A stretch of DNA of 64,000 nucleotides from an uncultured Ignavibacteria bacterium (GTDB lineage Bacteria > Bacteroidota > Ignavibacteria > Ignavibacteriales > Ignavibacteriaceae), in NCBI GenBank assembly GCA_963711455.1, contig CAVQEH010000002.1:522756-586755 (forward strand), given 5' to 3'. Of the stretch, positions 9,094-20,000 are shown piece after piece; positions within the stretch are counted from its first letter, which is position 1; each line of letters starts with the position of its first letter. The translations under genes and the position numbers were made by a program. The notes beneath the pieces are model-generated. The model was given only the letters and a program-made list of their open reading frames with translations. It ran no database searches and had not been told where the DNA came from.

Positions 9094-9858
9094 TTATTCC
9101 AGTTCCTTTAATCTTCTTTCGGCTTTTTTAATGGCAAACTTATCTCTGAAATTTTTCTGGGGATAGGTTAAAAGTTTTTTAAGAAGAATAATCTCATCAT
9201 CTTTATCACCCATAGATTTATAAGTACGCGATAGCTGGAAAGTGGCAACAATAGTATTCGGCTTAACCTGTAAAGCTTTATTTAACATCTCAATTGATTC
9301 GTTAAAAGTACCCTCAGGAACATTCCCGAAGAAAGTATTTGCAAATATCCTTTCAATCCAGCTAAGATCGGCAATCTGCCTGTAATAAATTCCCAGAATA
9401 ATATAAGAAAGATATTGATCAGGATTCATTTGAAGAGATTTTTTTGCATTATCTTCAATTTTATGCGCGAGCTTAATCTTTTCTTTGCCGCCTTCAAACA
9501 ACGCCCGGTTTCCGTAGGATAGTGCGAGATAAGCATAAGATGCGGCACTGTCGGGAAAATCTTTTCCCAGCATTTCAGAATATTCCAAAGCTTTTTTTAT
9601 CATAACTTCAGAACTATCTCTCTCACGGTATTCATAGAATTCTTCACCTAAATCATTATAAGTTCTTGCAAGTCTGAATATTACTTCATAGTTATCGGGA
9701 GAGAGCTTATAAGCCATCAGATAGCTCTTCAGGGCTGAATGGTTATTAAATTCCGAATAATATTGATCGCCTTGTTTAAGATAATCTTTGTATGTCTCCG
9801 AACTGACAGAATAAACCGGGATGAGAAACAAATATAAAAGCACCAGGGAGATTTTCAT
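9094..9858 (-). CDS. Secreted TPR-repeat protein
   Basis: Signal peptide. Repeated roughly 34-aa helical units with A/Y/L spacing typical of TPR (e.g. ALKSYLMAYKLSPDNYEVIFRLARTY). Confidence 0.6.
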   Translation of the reverse strand: MKISLVLLYLFLIPVYSVSSETYKDYLKQGDQYYSEFNNHSALKSYLMAYKLSPDNYEVIFRLARTYNDLGEEFYEYRERDSSEVMIKKALEYSEMLGKDFPDSAASYAYLALSYGNRALFEGGKEKIKLAHKIEDNAKKSLQMNPDQYLSYIILGIYYRQIADLSWIERIFANTFFGNVPEGTFNESIEMLNKALQVKPNTIVATFQLSRTYKSMGDKDDEIILLKKLLTYPQKNFRDKFAIKKAERRLKELE

Positions 9859-9883
9859 TTGCCGTTTCCTCTTAAGTAATCTT

Positions 9884-10711
9884 TTATTTTTTTATCTGCT
9901 TCAAATGGTTATCAAGAAAGACATATATTTCTTTCCAGGCTTTTTCAGTTGTAGATTTATTATAAAGTTTCGAATTGTTAGGATTCATGAAAGCATGTCC
10001 AACGCCGGGGTATATATAGATTTTATTTTTAATCCCAGCTTTGTTCAATGATTCTTCAAATGAATTGACAATTGAGGGAGTTATATTTTGATCATTTTCG
10101 CCAAAGATTCCAAGTACTGACCCTTTTATTTTTTTCAGCGTTTCCACATCATTTATAAGTCTCCCGTAACAAATAACGCAGGCAGACAAATCATTACTCA
10201 ATGCTGCTCTGAGAGAATAGCCTCCTCCCATGCACCAGCCGATAGAACCCATGTTGTTCTTATCAACAGATTTCATATCCTGTAAATAATCAAATGCCGA
10301 GCTTAAATCCATTGCAGACTGTTCAAGGGAAACACTCCCAGAAAGTTTGCGTGCTTCATCCGGTGAAGTCGTTGATTTACCACGGTAAAGATCGATTGCC
10401 AGGGCTACATACCCGCTGTCAGCAAAATCATCAGCATTTTTCTTTACCCAGTCATTTAATCCCCACCACTCATGAATTAAAATAAGAGCGGGGAAAGGAC
10501 CTTTCCCATCAGGGACTGCAAGGTAAGATGATACAGTATCTTTTCCGCTTGTATAATTTACCATTGTTGTTTTTATGCCAGGCATATTAACAGAATTATC
10601 TCCCTTCTCGTTTTTAGTTTGAGCATAAATTTCTTTCCCTCCGGGGTAATGCACGAAAACCGTAGAAATTAATAGAATAGAAAAAAATGTTATTCTATTC
10701 ATAGCATTCAT
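9884..10711 (-). CDS. Dienelactone hydrolase family protein (secreted alpha/beta hydrolase)
   Basis: Signal peptide. PALILIHEWWGLNDW, nucleophile-elbow region GSIGWCMGGGYS and C-terminal GVGHAF are all typical of DLH-family proteins. Confidence 0.85.
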   Translation of the reverse strand: MNAMNRITFFSILLISTVFVHYPGGKEIYAQTKNEKGDNSVNMPGIKTTMVNYTSGKDTVSSYLAVPDGKGPFPALILIHEWWGLNDWVKKNADDFADSGYVALAIDLYRGKSTTSPDEARKLSGSVSLEQSAMDLSSAFDYLQDMKSVDKNNMGSIGWCMGGGYSLRAALSNDLSACVICYGRLINDVETLKKIKGSVLGIFGENDQNITPSIVNSFEESLNKAGIKNKIYIYPGVGHAFMNPNNSKLYNKSTTEKAWKEIYVFLDNHLKQIKK

Positions 10712-10866
10712 TAATTTTTAAAAGATTTTAAACTTAAATATTATTCGTGGTTATATAGTGATACTTAAATCACAAAAGGGATGGAAAGAGAATGACAAAT
10801 AAAAACTAACGGTAATGATTAGTTTAGGAAATGAATTGATTCGTATTTTATTTTTGTCTTTTTACT

Positions 10867-11289
10867 TTAAACGGCAATATTTCTCGGCTTCATTCTTAAG
10901 AGAAGTGAAAGATCCCTGGAAGCTAATATTTTTCTTCCCTGGTATTTATAAACCAGCACGAGAACTTCGTCGAAAGGAGAGCCATCATCTTTGAATATAG
11001 GAAGAATACTATTGAGAGGGACAATTTCTTTGTCAACGCTAATGAAATTTTTGTTCTCAAGATAATCTAAAAGGCTTGTGAATTTTTTAATCTTTTCAAA
11101 GAACCTGTTTTCCTCAACAGGAACTATGATTTCTTCTGTATTAAAGACAACATTAAAGTACCAAAAATGGTTAATCTTGTAACGAACGCGGATGTACGAG
11201 CAGCACTCACTAATAAACGATTCTATATCTTTAACTTTCCCATCAGAAATTTTCTGAATAATTAATTTATCATCTTCATCAAAATACAT
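10867..11289 (-). CDS. Hypothetical protein
   Basis: 140-aa ORF with no motif I recognise. It is called only on ORF length and context. Confidence 0.45.
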   Translation of the reverse strand: MYFDEDDKLIIQKISDGKVKDIESFISECCSYIRVRYKINHFWYFNVVFNTEEIIVPVEENRFFEKIKKFTSLLDYLENKNFISVDKEIVPLNSILPIFKDDGSPFDEVLVLVYKYQGRKILASRDLSLLLRMKPRNIAV

Positions 11290-11499
11290 ACGATCACCTC
11301 AAATGTTTCCGATTTTAGAACAATCAAAATGCCAGAATAAATAATGTTGAATTTGGTAAAAACTACCAGAACCTATGCTTCAATTTTTGGCGTAATTGCC
11401 ATTTGTGGCGGAAAAGAATATCAGAATTTAACTTCTAAAAAGATTTTTTTTACTGGAACGATATATGCGTCTAAAAATAAAGAAAATAAAATTTTATTA

Positions 11500-11928
11500 A
11501 TGAGAAAAGTAAAGATAATATTAAGTGTTGTTATCCCTGATTTCGGAGGGATAGTAATAAATACTATTCCTATGATTCTGTTTTTATCATTAACTAACTT
11601 TTTTGCAGGTGAAACACAAGGGATTCCACTATTGGTAGTAGCAGCCATTCTATTGATGTCCCTCGCTTTATTCCTTATTCCTTCACGACTGATATTAATT
11701 ATTGCCCGGATGTTAAATATGAACCTGGATGAATATGGTACTTTTTCAGTTGCAATAATCGGAGGACTAATAGGGGGCAGCCTTTTCTATTTTTTAATAC
11801 TATCGCACTTCTCTTTAAATTGGCTTAATATACTTGATTATGCTCTACTTGGAGTAATACAAAGTACAATTGTTCAGTTCATTTATCAGTTTATTCCCGA
11901 TAACTGGAAAGTTCAAGCGGCTGAATAA
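11500..11928 (+). CDS. Hypothetical small integral membrane protein (about 4 TM segments)
   Basis: Hydrophobic segments follow MRKVKIILSVV. The ORF-track start at 11344 adds 52 poorly hydrophobic residues, so I prefer the ATG at 11500. Confidence 0.45.
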   Translation: MRKVKIILSVVIPDFGGIVINTIPMILFLSLTNFFAGETQGIPLLVVAAILLMSLALFLIPSRLILIIARMLNMNLDEYGTFSVAIIGGLIGGSLFYFLILSHFSLNWLNILDYALLGVIQSTIVQFIYQFIPDNWKVQAAE

Positions 11929-11960
11929 GTTAATTACTTTTAATTCTGGAAATTCTTCTC

Positions 11961-12725
11961 CTACTCAATCTTAAATTCAAATCTTGATTCTTGCCACGAT
12001 TTAGTCCCTGTATCCAGTGACTTTTCAATAAATAATACTTCATTCATACTATTAATTAAGAGGACGGTTGAGGAGCGGGTACCATAATTTTCACTTTTTA
12101 TAAAAACAGGTGAAACGGCTTTTTCAAGTTCGGAACTTAATCCGGTATCAGGAAGCTGATCATCCGGAGTTTCCGTTTCATCTGATAATATTTTAAATAA
12201 ATCATCTGTTACAATTTCTTCTTCTGAGGTTACTTCAAGAAAAGCTTTTTTGCTTTTTACAACTTTTTGCCAGGGAGTATCAAGCAGGTGATTGCTCAAT
12301 CCATAAACACCTTCGGTTAATTGGGTTAGCTGCTTTGTCTGATTAGAAAAATAGTAAAGTGTTTCAATGTCCGAAAATAAAAGATTGTATCCGTTATAAT
12401 CATCAGCTTTTTCATTTAAACCGTGTCCGTAAATTAAAGGTGAATCTTTTGAAAGAAGGAAATTTGTTACCAATTCGCCTCTGGAAGAAGCATTTTTTTT
12501 CAATGTTCTCATATCGCGGTAATTAGTAACAGCAGCGAATCTTCCGTTTTTTGTAATTCCAAGCCATGTTCCACCTGCTTCAAGATCTTTACCCGCAAGC
12601 AATTTGGGATGATCTTTCCAGAAATGTGCTGTCGCTGTTGGCCGATTATAAAATTCATCCCGGTTTGCTGCAACAATTAAAGGATACTCAGGGTGGTTGT
12701 TGAAAGAAATTAAAAGAAGACACAT
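11961..12725 (-). CDS. NRDE family (DUF833 / TANGO2-like) protein
   Basis: N-terminal MC...VAANRDEFYNRPT motif (Cys2 plus NRDE) is diagnostic of this family. Confidence 0.8.
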   Translation of the reverse strand: MCLLLISFNNHPEYPLIVAANRDEFYNRPTATAHFWKDHPKLLAGKDLEAGGTWLGITKNGRFAAVTNYRDMRTLKKNASSRGELVTNFLLSKDSPLIYGHGLNEKADDYNGYNLLFSDIETLYYFSNQTKQLTQLTEGVYGLSNHLLDTPWQKVVKSKKAFLEVTSEEEIVTDDLFKILSDETETPDDQLPDTGLSSELEKAVSPVFIKSENYGTRSSTVLLINSMNEVLFIEKSLDTGTKSWQESRFEFKIE

Positions 12726-12961
12726 AAATTTTCCGTCTTAAAATTCCGGTTGAATTATTGGTCTAACTATTTTGTCTGATCAAAAATTATTTAGGCCTTT
12801 CAAAATTGTCAATAGCTGGATCAATTTAATTTTGATTTGTGTGTACAAAAAAAAATTATTTATTCATTTTTCATTATGAAAGGGATAGATATACGAAAAG
12901 TTGGAATAAAGGAAATTAACAAAGTTAATACAACCTGCCTGTGGGATAAACAAATTAATCA

Positions 12962-12987
12962 ATAAAAATGCGGGTTGATAAACCCGC
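12962..12987 (-). terminator. Rho-independent terminator of the 13014-13304 gene
   Basis: GCGGGTT / AACCCGC stem (12970-12976 and 12981-12987), followed on the minus strand by ATTTTTATT. Confidence 0.75.
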
Positions 12988-13013
12988 CATAAATTCATAT
13001 AGGGAGAACCTTA

Positions 13014-13304
13014 CTAATAATTATCATCGTCATCTTCATTCATGAAATTGCTTTCATCTTCATTTTCATTTTCATCTTCATCTTCATTCTCTTCCCACAT
13101 TTTATCATTTTCTTCATCAGGATCGGGTTCAAATTCGCTGTCATCAGGATCGTAATTATCTGTATAATAATTTCGGTTATTTAATTTATTTTTTTCAGAG
13201 CGGGAATGTTTAATTTCACTTCTATGTTTTTTATAGTTACGAATCTTTTCTCCTCTTTCACCTCTGGCTTTATTATCTCTTTCATCTCTATCTCTGGAAT
13301 CCAT
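13014..13304 (-). CDS. Small (96 aa) bipolar charged low-complexity protein, function unknown
   Basis: Strong SD (GGAGG) 5 nt upstream of the ATG, and its own terminator downstream. The N-terminal half is basic (R/K/E-rich). The C-terminal half is extremely acidic (D/E/N runs). Confidence 0.6.
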   Translation of the reverse strand: MDSRDRDERDNKARGERGEKIRNYKKHRSEIKHSRSEKNKLNNRNYYTDNYDPDDSEFEPDPDEENDKMWEENEDEDENENEDESNFMNEDDDDNY

Positions 13305-13425
13305 AACAACCTCCCGGCCTATAAAAAAATATTAATTTCAGATAAAAATATTGTCCAATTTTTTAGAATCAAAATAGTACAGCCTGCTTAAAAGCACAAT
13401 GTGATATTTTGCAACAGCATCAAAA

Positions 13426-13707
13426 TTATTGAATTTCTATACCGGGGGAAAAAGCAATGAAACCTTCAATATTTAATTTATTATTCTTAATATCGGGATA
13501 GTACCAGGCTCCATTCCAGTTTATAGCATCACCGACCAGGATATTGTAAAAATTAGCGGTACCGAGATCAGCATCTATATGCCTGGTGTAACTTTTCTTT
13601 AAGAATTCTTTTTTTACCGAACCGGGAGGGAAATAAGTATAACCATTTATGTTCTTTGCTTTTTTACTTTCAGCAATAACCTCACCATTCCAGATAGCTT
13701 TCGCCAT
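13426..13707 (-). CDS. DUF427 domain protein
   Basis: 93 aa. The pattern AIWNGEVIAES...GYTYFPP...ANFYNI...NGAWYYP matches my recollection of the DUF427 consensus. Confidence 0.7.
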   Translation of the reverse strand: MAKAIWNGEVIAESKKAKNINGYTYFPPGSVKKEFLKKSYTRHIDADLGTANFYNILVGDAINWNGAWYYPDIKNNKLNIEGFIAFSPGIEIQ

Positions 13708-14198
13708 ATTTAATCCTCCAATATTACTTGTTGCTTAATATTGCTAATGTTTATTATTTTCTGCGTTTGGTATGCTTTACTATAATATAAAGAATTCAGA
13801 ATGTCAATCCTTCAAAAATTCCCCTCTGGGAGCGTTTTTATTAGTTGATTTTGATTTGAGATTAGGTATTTTAGTACAAATAAAAATTAACAGGTAATAG
13901 AATATAGAAAATTAGTTACCACATATCTTTTAATAATCACAGTTAAAAATTTTCATCACAGAAGAGAGATTAGTGATAATCTAGATTGAGGAATGTTATA
14001 ATTTATTTTTAGAATGATTTGTATTGTTCTTACAAGTGTGTTTCAAAGGTAAGGTTCTGTCATTGATGAAAAATAAAATAAACTCCCAAAGATTTCAGAA
14101 GTAAAAATTGAAGAAGGTAATTATATTCTAATATACCCGGCTATAGTGGACAATGTTTTTAAACTCCTAAAGATGTAATCTAATAAAGGAGAACCTTT

Positions 14199-17033
14199 AT
14201 GAAAAAATTTTTACTGATTTTATGTTCATTTCTTATTGCTGTTTCAATATCATTTGCCGGTTCCACCGGTAAATTATCAGGAAAGATTACAGATAAATCA
14301 ACCGGTGAATCTCTTCCCTTTGTAAATGTGGTTATAATGGGGACAACAACAGGAGCAGCCACTGATGTTGACGGTAATTATAATATTCTCAACATTCAAC
14401 CGGGAACGTATACTGTAAAAGCTTCTGCTATCGGGTACAATAGTATGATTGTTGAGAATGTAAAGATTCAGATTGACCTTACTACCAGGATTGATTTTTC
14501 TCTTTCTCCTACCAGTGTAGAATTGGGACAGGAAGTTGTCGTCATCGCATCCAAGCCTCTTGTTCAAAAAGATTTAACTTCGTCCACTGCGATTATAAAT
14601 GCTCAGGATATTCAGGCTTTACCAATAACAAGTTTTCAGGATGCATTACAACTTCAGGCCGGAATTGTAAAAGATAAAAATGGAGATTTTCATTTTCGTG
14701 GAGGCAGATCCGGTGAAGTTTCATATTGGATTGATGGTGTCCCTGTAACTAATGCTTACGATGGTAGTACAGTAGTTGATATAAATAAAAATTCAATTCA
14801 GGAAATGCAGCTTGTTACGGGTGCTTTCAACGCAGAGTATGGACAAGCTATGAGTGGTATAGTTAATATTGCTACAAAGACAGGTGGTAATGATACCCAC
14901 GGAAATATAACTGCCTATCAGGGAGCGTATTTAACTCAGAATTCGGACGTATTCTATGGCACTCAAAGAGTCAACCCTTTTTTGGGTAGTACAGCAAACA
15001 AAATTAGCTGGCTGGAGGGTTCTTTAAATGGACCAATTTTAAATGATATACTCTTTTATTATGTCGATGCCCGCTACTATTATACCGGCGGGTATTTATT
15101 TGGTCAACGCAGATACAATACTTTTGATATTGCGAACACTGTGGATGTAAGTCCTGCAAACTGGATAATACCGCAAACAGGAGATGGTTCTATTGTTTCA
15201 ATGGCTCCTAACATGGAGGCATATGCTCAGGGGAAACTGACTTTAAAAATTTCTCCGGCATTTACTATTTCGTATGATTACATTCTTGATAATACCCGTG
15301 GAAAAGATTATGACTTTGCTTATAAATATAATCCCGATGGTTTATTAAGCAATTTTAAAAAGGGGTATTTGAATTCGTTGACTATCACTCATGCCGTAAG
15401 CAGTTCAACCTTCTATACTGTAGGATTATCAGATTATTTTACGGATTATAGAGAATATCTTGATGCGAATACTTTTTCACTTTCTGATTTGTTTAATAGA
15501 AAAGATCCTTTCGATCAACAGTATGTGCATACAAAATTGTTATTACCACCAGAGGGTACTTTTCTTACCGGTGGTACAAATATGACTCATAATGTTAGAA
15601 GTACAAATACTTATGTGGCTAAAATTGATTTAACCAGCCAGGTATCTAATAATCATGAAATTAAAACCGGTGCATTATTTAATTATTATACTCTATTTCT
15701 TCATAACATAAATTTACATATGTCCCAGGCAGATAATAATCGTGATCCGGTTGTTGATGGGAAAGCATTTTTACAGGATCCGGTTGTTATCCCTTCGATT
15801 GAAAGTCAGGACAATCAGTTTTATCAGCATAATCCCTGGCAAGCTTCTTTTTATGCACAGGATAAAATGGAGTATCAATCTATTATTGTTAACTTCGGAT
15901 TAAGGTTTGATTATTTTCATCCCAATGGTCAGATCTTAGCAGATCCATCAGACCCCAATATTTATTTACCTTTAAAACCTCAAAATCAGGATAGTGTGGT
16001 TGCACCCGGTGGAACTCATGCAGATGCTGTTGCAAAAAGGATGACATATTGGTATAAAGATGCTACGGATAAATGGCAGGTTAGTCCAAGGCTTGGTGTT
16101 TCTTTTCCGATAACGGATAGAGGTGTTATTCATTTCTCGTACGGTTTGTTTTTCCAGATTCCATCGTTTGAAAGGTTGTTTGAAAATCCAATGTACAAGC
16201 TCCCGGTTACCGGCGGAAGCACAAATCTTGGAATTATCGGAAACCCGGATCTTAAACCGGAACAAACTACCAGCGGTGAATTAGGTGTTCAGCAGCAATT
16301 AACAGATGACATTGCAATAGACATAACCGGGTACTTCCGGGATATTAGAAATTTAGCCGGAACTCTTAATGAAATACAATATGTATTCGGCGGAACAAAA
16401 ATATACAGCCAGTATGTAAATACTGATTTTGGATTTATAAGGGGAATTGTCCTATCCCTAAATAAAAGATTTTCAGATGGAATATCTGCTACTTTAGATT
16501 ATACTTTTCAGATAGCAAAAGGAAACGCATCGGATCCGGCAAGTTCTTTTAATCTTAGAAATACCGGGGTACAGGCAGAGACTCAATTGATTCCTCTCGA
16601 TTGGGATCAGACACATTCTGTTAATGCAACATTTAATTACGTTAACAGAACTGCCGACTGGGGAGGAAGTATTGTTTTAAGATTCAGCACCGGTCAGCCA
16701 TATACTCCGCAGGGAATAACTAATGTTGGCACTCTAGTTTATAACTCGCAGAATATTCCATCAAGTACAGATATTGATTTAAGCCTTTACAAAGATTTTT
16801 CTATTGGTCCTTCAACCATGTCTCTTTTCTTAAGGATTAATAATTTAATAGATACAAAAAACCCGACACAGGTTTATACAGATACCGGTCAGCCTGACTG
16901 GTCGTTGGCTGAACAGCAGCAGCTTAGAATCGGCGGACCACACCCGGTTTCTTCAGTGCAAGACTGGTATACAAAACCAAATTATTATTCAGAACCAAGA
17001 AGAGTTGAGTTAGGTACAACTATTTCATTTTAA
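14199..17033 (+). CDS. SusC/RagA-like TonB-dependent outer-membrane receptor (carboxypeptidase-regulatory-like N-terminal extension + plug + beta-barrel)
   Basis: Signal peptide. CarbopepD_reg-like segment GKITDKSTGESLPFVNVVIMGTTTGAATDVDGNYNILNIQPGTYTVKASAIGY. Plug region (DIQALPITSFQDALQLQAGIV...FRGGRSGEVSYWIDGVPV). Long barrel ending ...ELGTTISF. Confidence 0.85.
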   Translation: MKKFLLILCSFLIAVSISFAGSTGKLSGKITDKSTGESLPFVNVVIMGTTTGAATDVDGNYNILNIQPGTYTVKASAIGYNSMIVENVKIQIDLTTRIDFSLSPTSVELGQEVVVIASKPLVQKDLTSSTAIINAQDIQALPITSFQDALQLQAGIVKDKNGDFHFRGGRSGEVSYWIDGVPVTNAYDGSTVVDINKNSIQEMQLVTGAFNAEYGQAMSGIVNIATKTGGNDTHGNITAYQGAYLTQNSDVFYGTQRVNPFLGSTANKISWLEGSLNGPILNDILFYYVDARYYYTGGYLFGQRRYNTFDIANTVDVSPANWIIPQTGDGSIVSMAPNMEAYAQGKLTLKISPAFTISYDYILDNTRGKDYDFAYKYNPDGLLSNFKKGYLNSLTITHAVSSSTFYTVGLSDYFTDYREYLDANTFSLSDLFNRKDPFDQQYVHTKLLLPPEGTFLTGGTNMTHNVRSTNTYVAKIDLTSQVSNNHEIKTGALFNYYTLFLHNINLHMSQADNNRDPVVDGKAFLQDPVVIPSIESQDNQFYQHNPWQASFYAQDKMEYQSIIVNFGLRFDYFHPNGQILADPSDPNIYLPLKPQNQDSVVAPGGTHADAVAKRMTYWYKDATDKWQVSPRLGVSFPITDRGVIHFSYGLFFQIPSFERLFENPMYKLPVTGGSTNLGIIGNPDLKPEQTTSGELGVQQQLTDDIAIDITGYFRDIRNLAGTLNEIQYVFGGTKIYSQYVNTDFGFIRGIVLSLNKRFSDGISATLDYTFQIAKGNASDPASSFNLRNTGVQAETQLIPLDWDQTHSVNATFNYVNRTADWGGSIVLRFSTGQPYTPQGITNVGTLVYNSQNIPSSTDIDLSLYKDFSIGPSTMSLFLRINNLIDTKNPTQVYTDTGQPDWSLAEQQQLRIGGPHPVSSVQDWYTKPNYYSEPRRVELGTTISF

Positions 17034-17049
17034 GATGCAGGTTTAAAAA

Positions 17050-20000
17050 ATGCGTAAATATTTTATTGTTATTATCCTTTTTGCTTCAACTGTTTTTAGT
17101 TTTGCACAGCAGAATTCCGATTATATTCAATGGGCTAAAACTCATCGCGGCAACAGTTTATATACAAGATTCGGATTGCTTAACGGAAACAGAACTGCAA
17201 TTACCTATAGTAATGATGGCTCTATTGCCGGTACTAATCCTACCGACCTCAGGGGCTATTGGCCATATCCTGCTACACAGGATGGTTACATTGGCGATGT
17301 TACTCCTTTAGTTGGAATAGAACTACCCGCACGGGATTATAATGGTGATGGAATTTTAGACACTCTTCACTCAGTTACTATTACTACAGGTCCGCGTACC
17401 GGACAGGCGGCTAAAACAGATCCTAATGATGGACATTTTCAGGGGTTCGGCCCTGAACCCGGTTATGTTAATACTAATCAGGATACAGTTGCCAAAAACA
17501 CTGTCAGAAATTCCTGGCCGCCTTTTTGGCCTGACAACCCCTCGTGGCTTGATTCAACAGGTAAACCCGTATGGGATGGTTATTTTGGAAAAGGAGTTGA
17601 AAGAGCAGACCAGGAAACTTTTTTTGTTATGGATGATGCCCCGGATAACAATCCTCAGTTCAGAACAAATTTTAAATTCCATCCGGATTCTACCGACACT
17701 ACACGTAACGGAATGGGTCTTCTGGTAAGCGTGAGAGGAATGCAATGGTCTCAGATTCAGGCTCAGGATGTTGTTTTCTGGTTGTATGATATTACGAATA
17801 TCGGAACTACAGATTATACCAAAGTTTGTTTTGGGGAAGTATTAGGAGGCTGTGTTGGCGATGTTGGTCAGGTTTACACTGACTGTAGTGACGACCTGGG
17901 TTATTTCGATCTGAATAATAATCTTACTTATAACTGGGATAGTGATGATCAGACTTCCGATCCGTTATGGATTCCTATTAACCAGGTTCTTACAGGTGTA
18001 AGACGGAATACAGGTTTTGCAGGTTATGCATACCTGGAAAGTCCGGGTAATGGATTTGACGCAATTGATAATGATAATGATGCAGTAGATCCTTCCAGCC
18101 CGGTATTCCAGGAAACTGATTTTCAATTTAATTCAAGCCTTGGTTATATCTCTTCACGTACTCTTCATAAAAGTAATCCCGGTCCGCTTCCAAATTGGCC
18201 TGCAAATAAAATCGTTATTATAGATCCATCAACCTATGAGAGAACAGTAGTTCTCCTTGATACCTTGCTTCATAGTTTAACCGATACTGTTACTATACAT
18301 TCTCAGGGAATAGCTTATAGAATTTATGATGGTGTTACAGTTACCGAGATAGTAAATAACGGAATAGATGATAATCTTAATGGTCTTATTGATGAAAATC
18401 ATGATCTTCACTATAAAAGAATTTTCAAGGATAATAATGGAGTTGTAATAAAGACCGAACTGAGACCTTTGGCATATAGAAATTATTTAACAGGACTTGG
18501 TTCAAATAATACTCTTATAGATGAACGTAGAGATAGTGGTCCGGGTAATATGGTTTCCGGTTATGTTCCTGATTACACACAGCAGCCTGATCCTGTAACG
18601 GGGAAGTATCCTGCTATTGTTAAATCTCACTGGTCAGGTGATGAGAATGGAGACTGGAATCCTTTGAAGGATGATGTTGGCGCCGATGGTTTGGCTGATA
18701 CTCATGATGCGGGTGAAGGCGACGGAATGCCGACATTGGGTGAACCTCACTTTGATAAAACAGATGTAAATGAATCAGACCAGATCGGTTTGACCAGCTT
18801 TAATTTCTTTAACCAGAGTGCTTCCCCGCCAATGAATAATAATGAAATATTATGGAACAGAATGAAACCGGGATATTTTGATGTAATTCCTCTTCTGCCG
18901 CAGGATGGAGACTTTATATATTCATCCGGATATTTTCCGCTTCTTTCCGGACGAACAGAAAGATTTTCTTTAGCACTTGTCTTTGGTGCTGACAGTTCAA
19001 ATATTTTTAAGAATAAAAAAATTGCTCAGAGAATTTATAACTCTAATTATGATTTCCTTAAGCCGCCTCCGAAACCTAAATTAACAATTGTACCCGGTGA
19101 TAAGCAGGCTACATTGATCTGGGATTCAAAAGCGGAAGCTTATGTTTCTTTCCAGGGATATAAAATATACCGTTCAACAGATCCCGGTTTTACTGAAGGA
19201 GGCGGTGAGCCTATTGCTACTTTTGATTTAAAAGATTCGGTAAACGGCTATTTTGTCCCTGCTTCACAGGATCTTGCAGAGCTCCCAAGATTTTACCTGG
19301 GAAGCAACTCCGGGTTGGTTCATACTTTTGTTGATAGAAATCTTCAGAACGGACAGCGTTATTTTTATGCAGTTACTGCCTATACTTCAGGCGATCCTAA
19401 TAGTAATTTTTATCCCGCAGAAGATCCCAAGTATGTTACAATAAATAGTGATGGTTCGGTAAGCACAGATGTAAATACATCAGTTGTTGTTCCCAGATCA
19501 TCTGTAGCAGGGTACCAGGGTCCGAACGCACCGAGTCTTCTTGGTCCTGTTCCGGGAACAGTTCCGTTTGGCTCAGGTAAAGTTTATTTATATGTAGTTA
19601 ACCCGGCTGCGGTTAAAAATAAAACTTACAGGGTTACTTTCTCTGATCAGATAACTAATTATGTTCCTGTTACACAATCATATTACGTTATAGATTATAC
19701 CGGGGGGAGCGCGCAGGATACTTTATTGAAAGTGCCTCTTACTTCAAAGGATACTTTGGTTGGTGATTATGATAAATATGTTTTTGATGGTGTTTACCTT
19801 TCCATTGAAAATGACTGGACTATTAGATACGATACATCAAGGACCAGGTGGAATATTGTTCATCCGATTAAAGATTACAAGATATCTGTTTCACCTTTCA
19901 TATCGGCAAATGTAGAGGAAGTTGGGATTGCTTATCCACATGATATTAATATCGTTTTTGATGATTCGCATACTTCAGCAGATACATCCACGCAACTTGT

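Noticed and set aside
12876-12965. 29-codon ORF (MKGIDIRKVGIKEINKVNTTCLWDKQINQ) on the plus strand, just before the hairpin at 12970-12987
   Set aside because: It has no SD, and its composition is indistinguishable from the intergenic background. The adjacent hairpin has its T-run on the minus strand, so it serves the 13014-13304 gene rather than this ORF.
13708-14198. A 490-nt leader upstream of the TonB-dependent receptor gene, checked for cobalamin/TPP-type riboswitch cores and for repeats
   Set aside because: It is very AT-rich with only short, weak inverted repeats (e.g. ATCAC...GTGAT around 13937-13975). There is no B12-box-like or TPP-like conserved segment. I cannot support any RNA element here.
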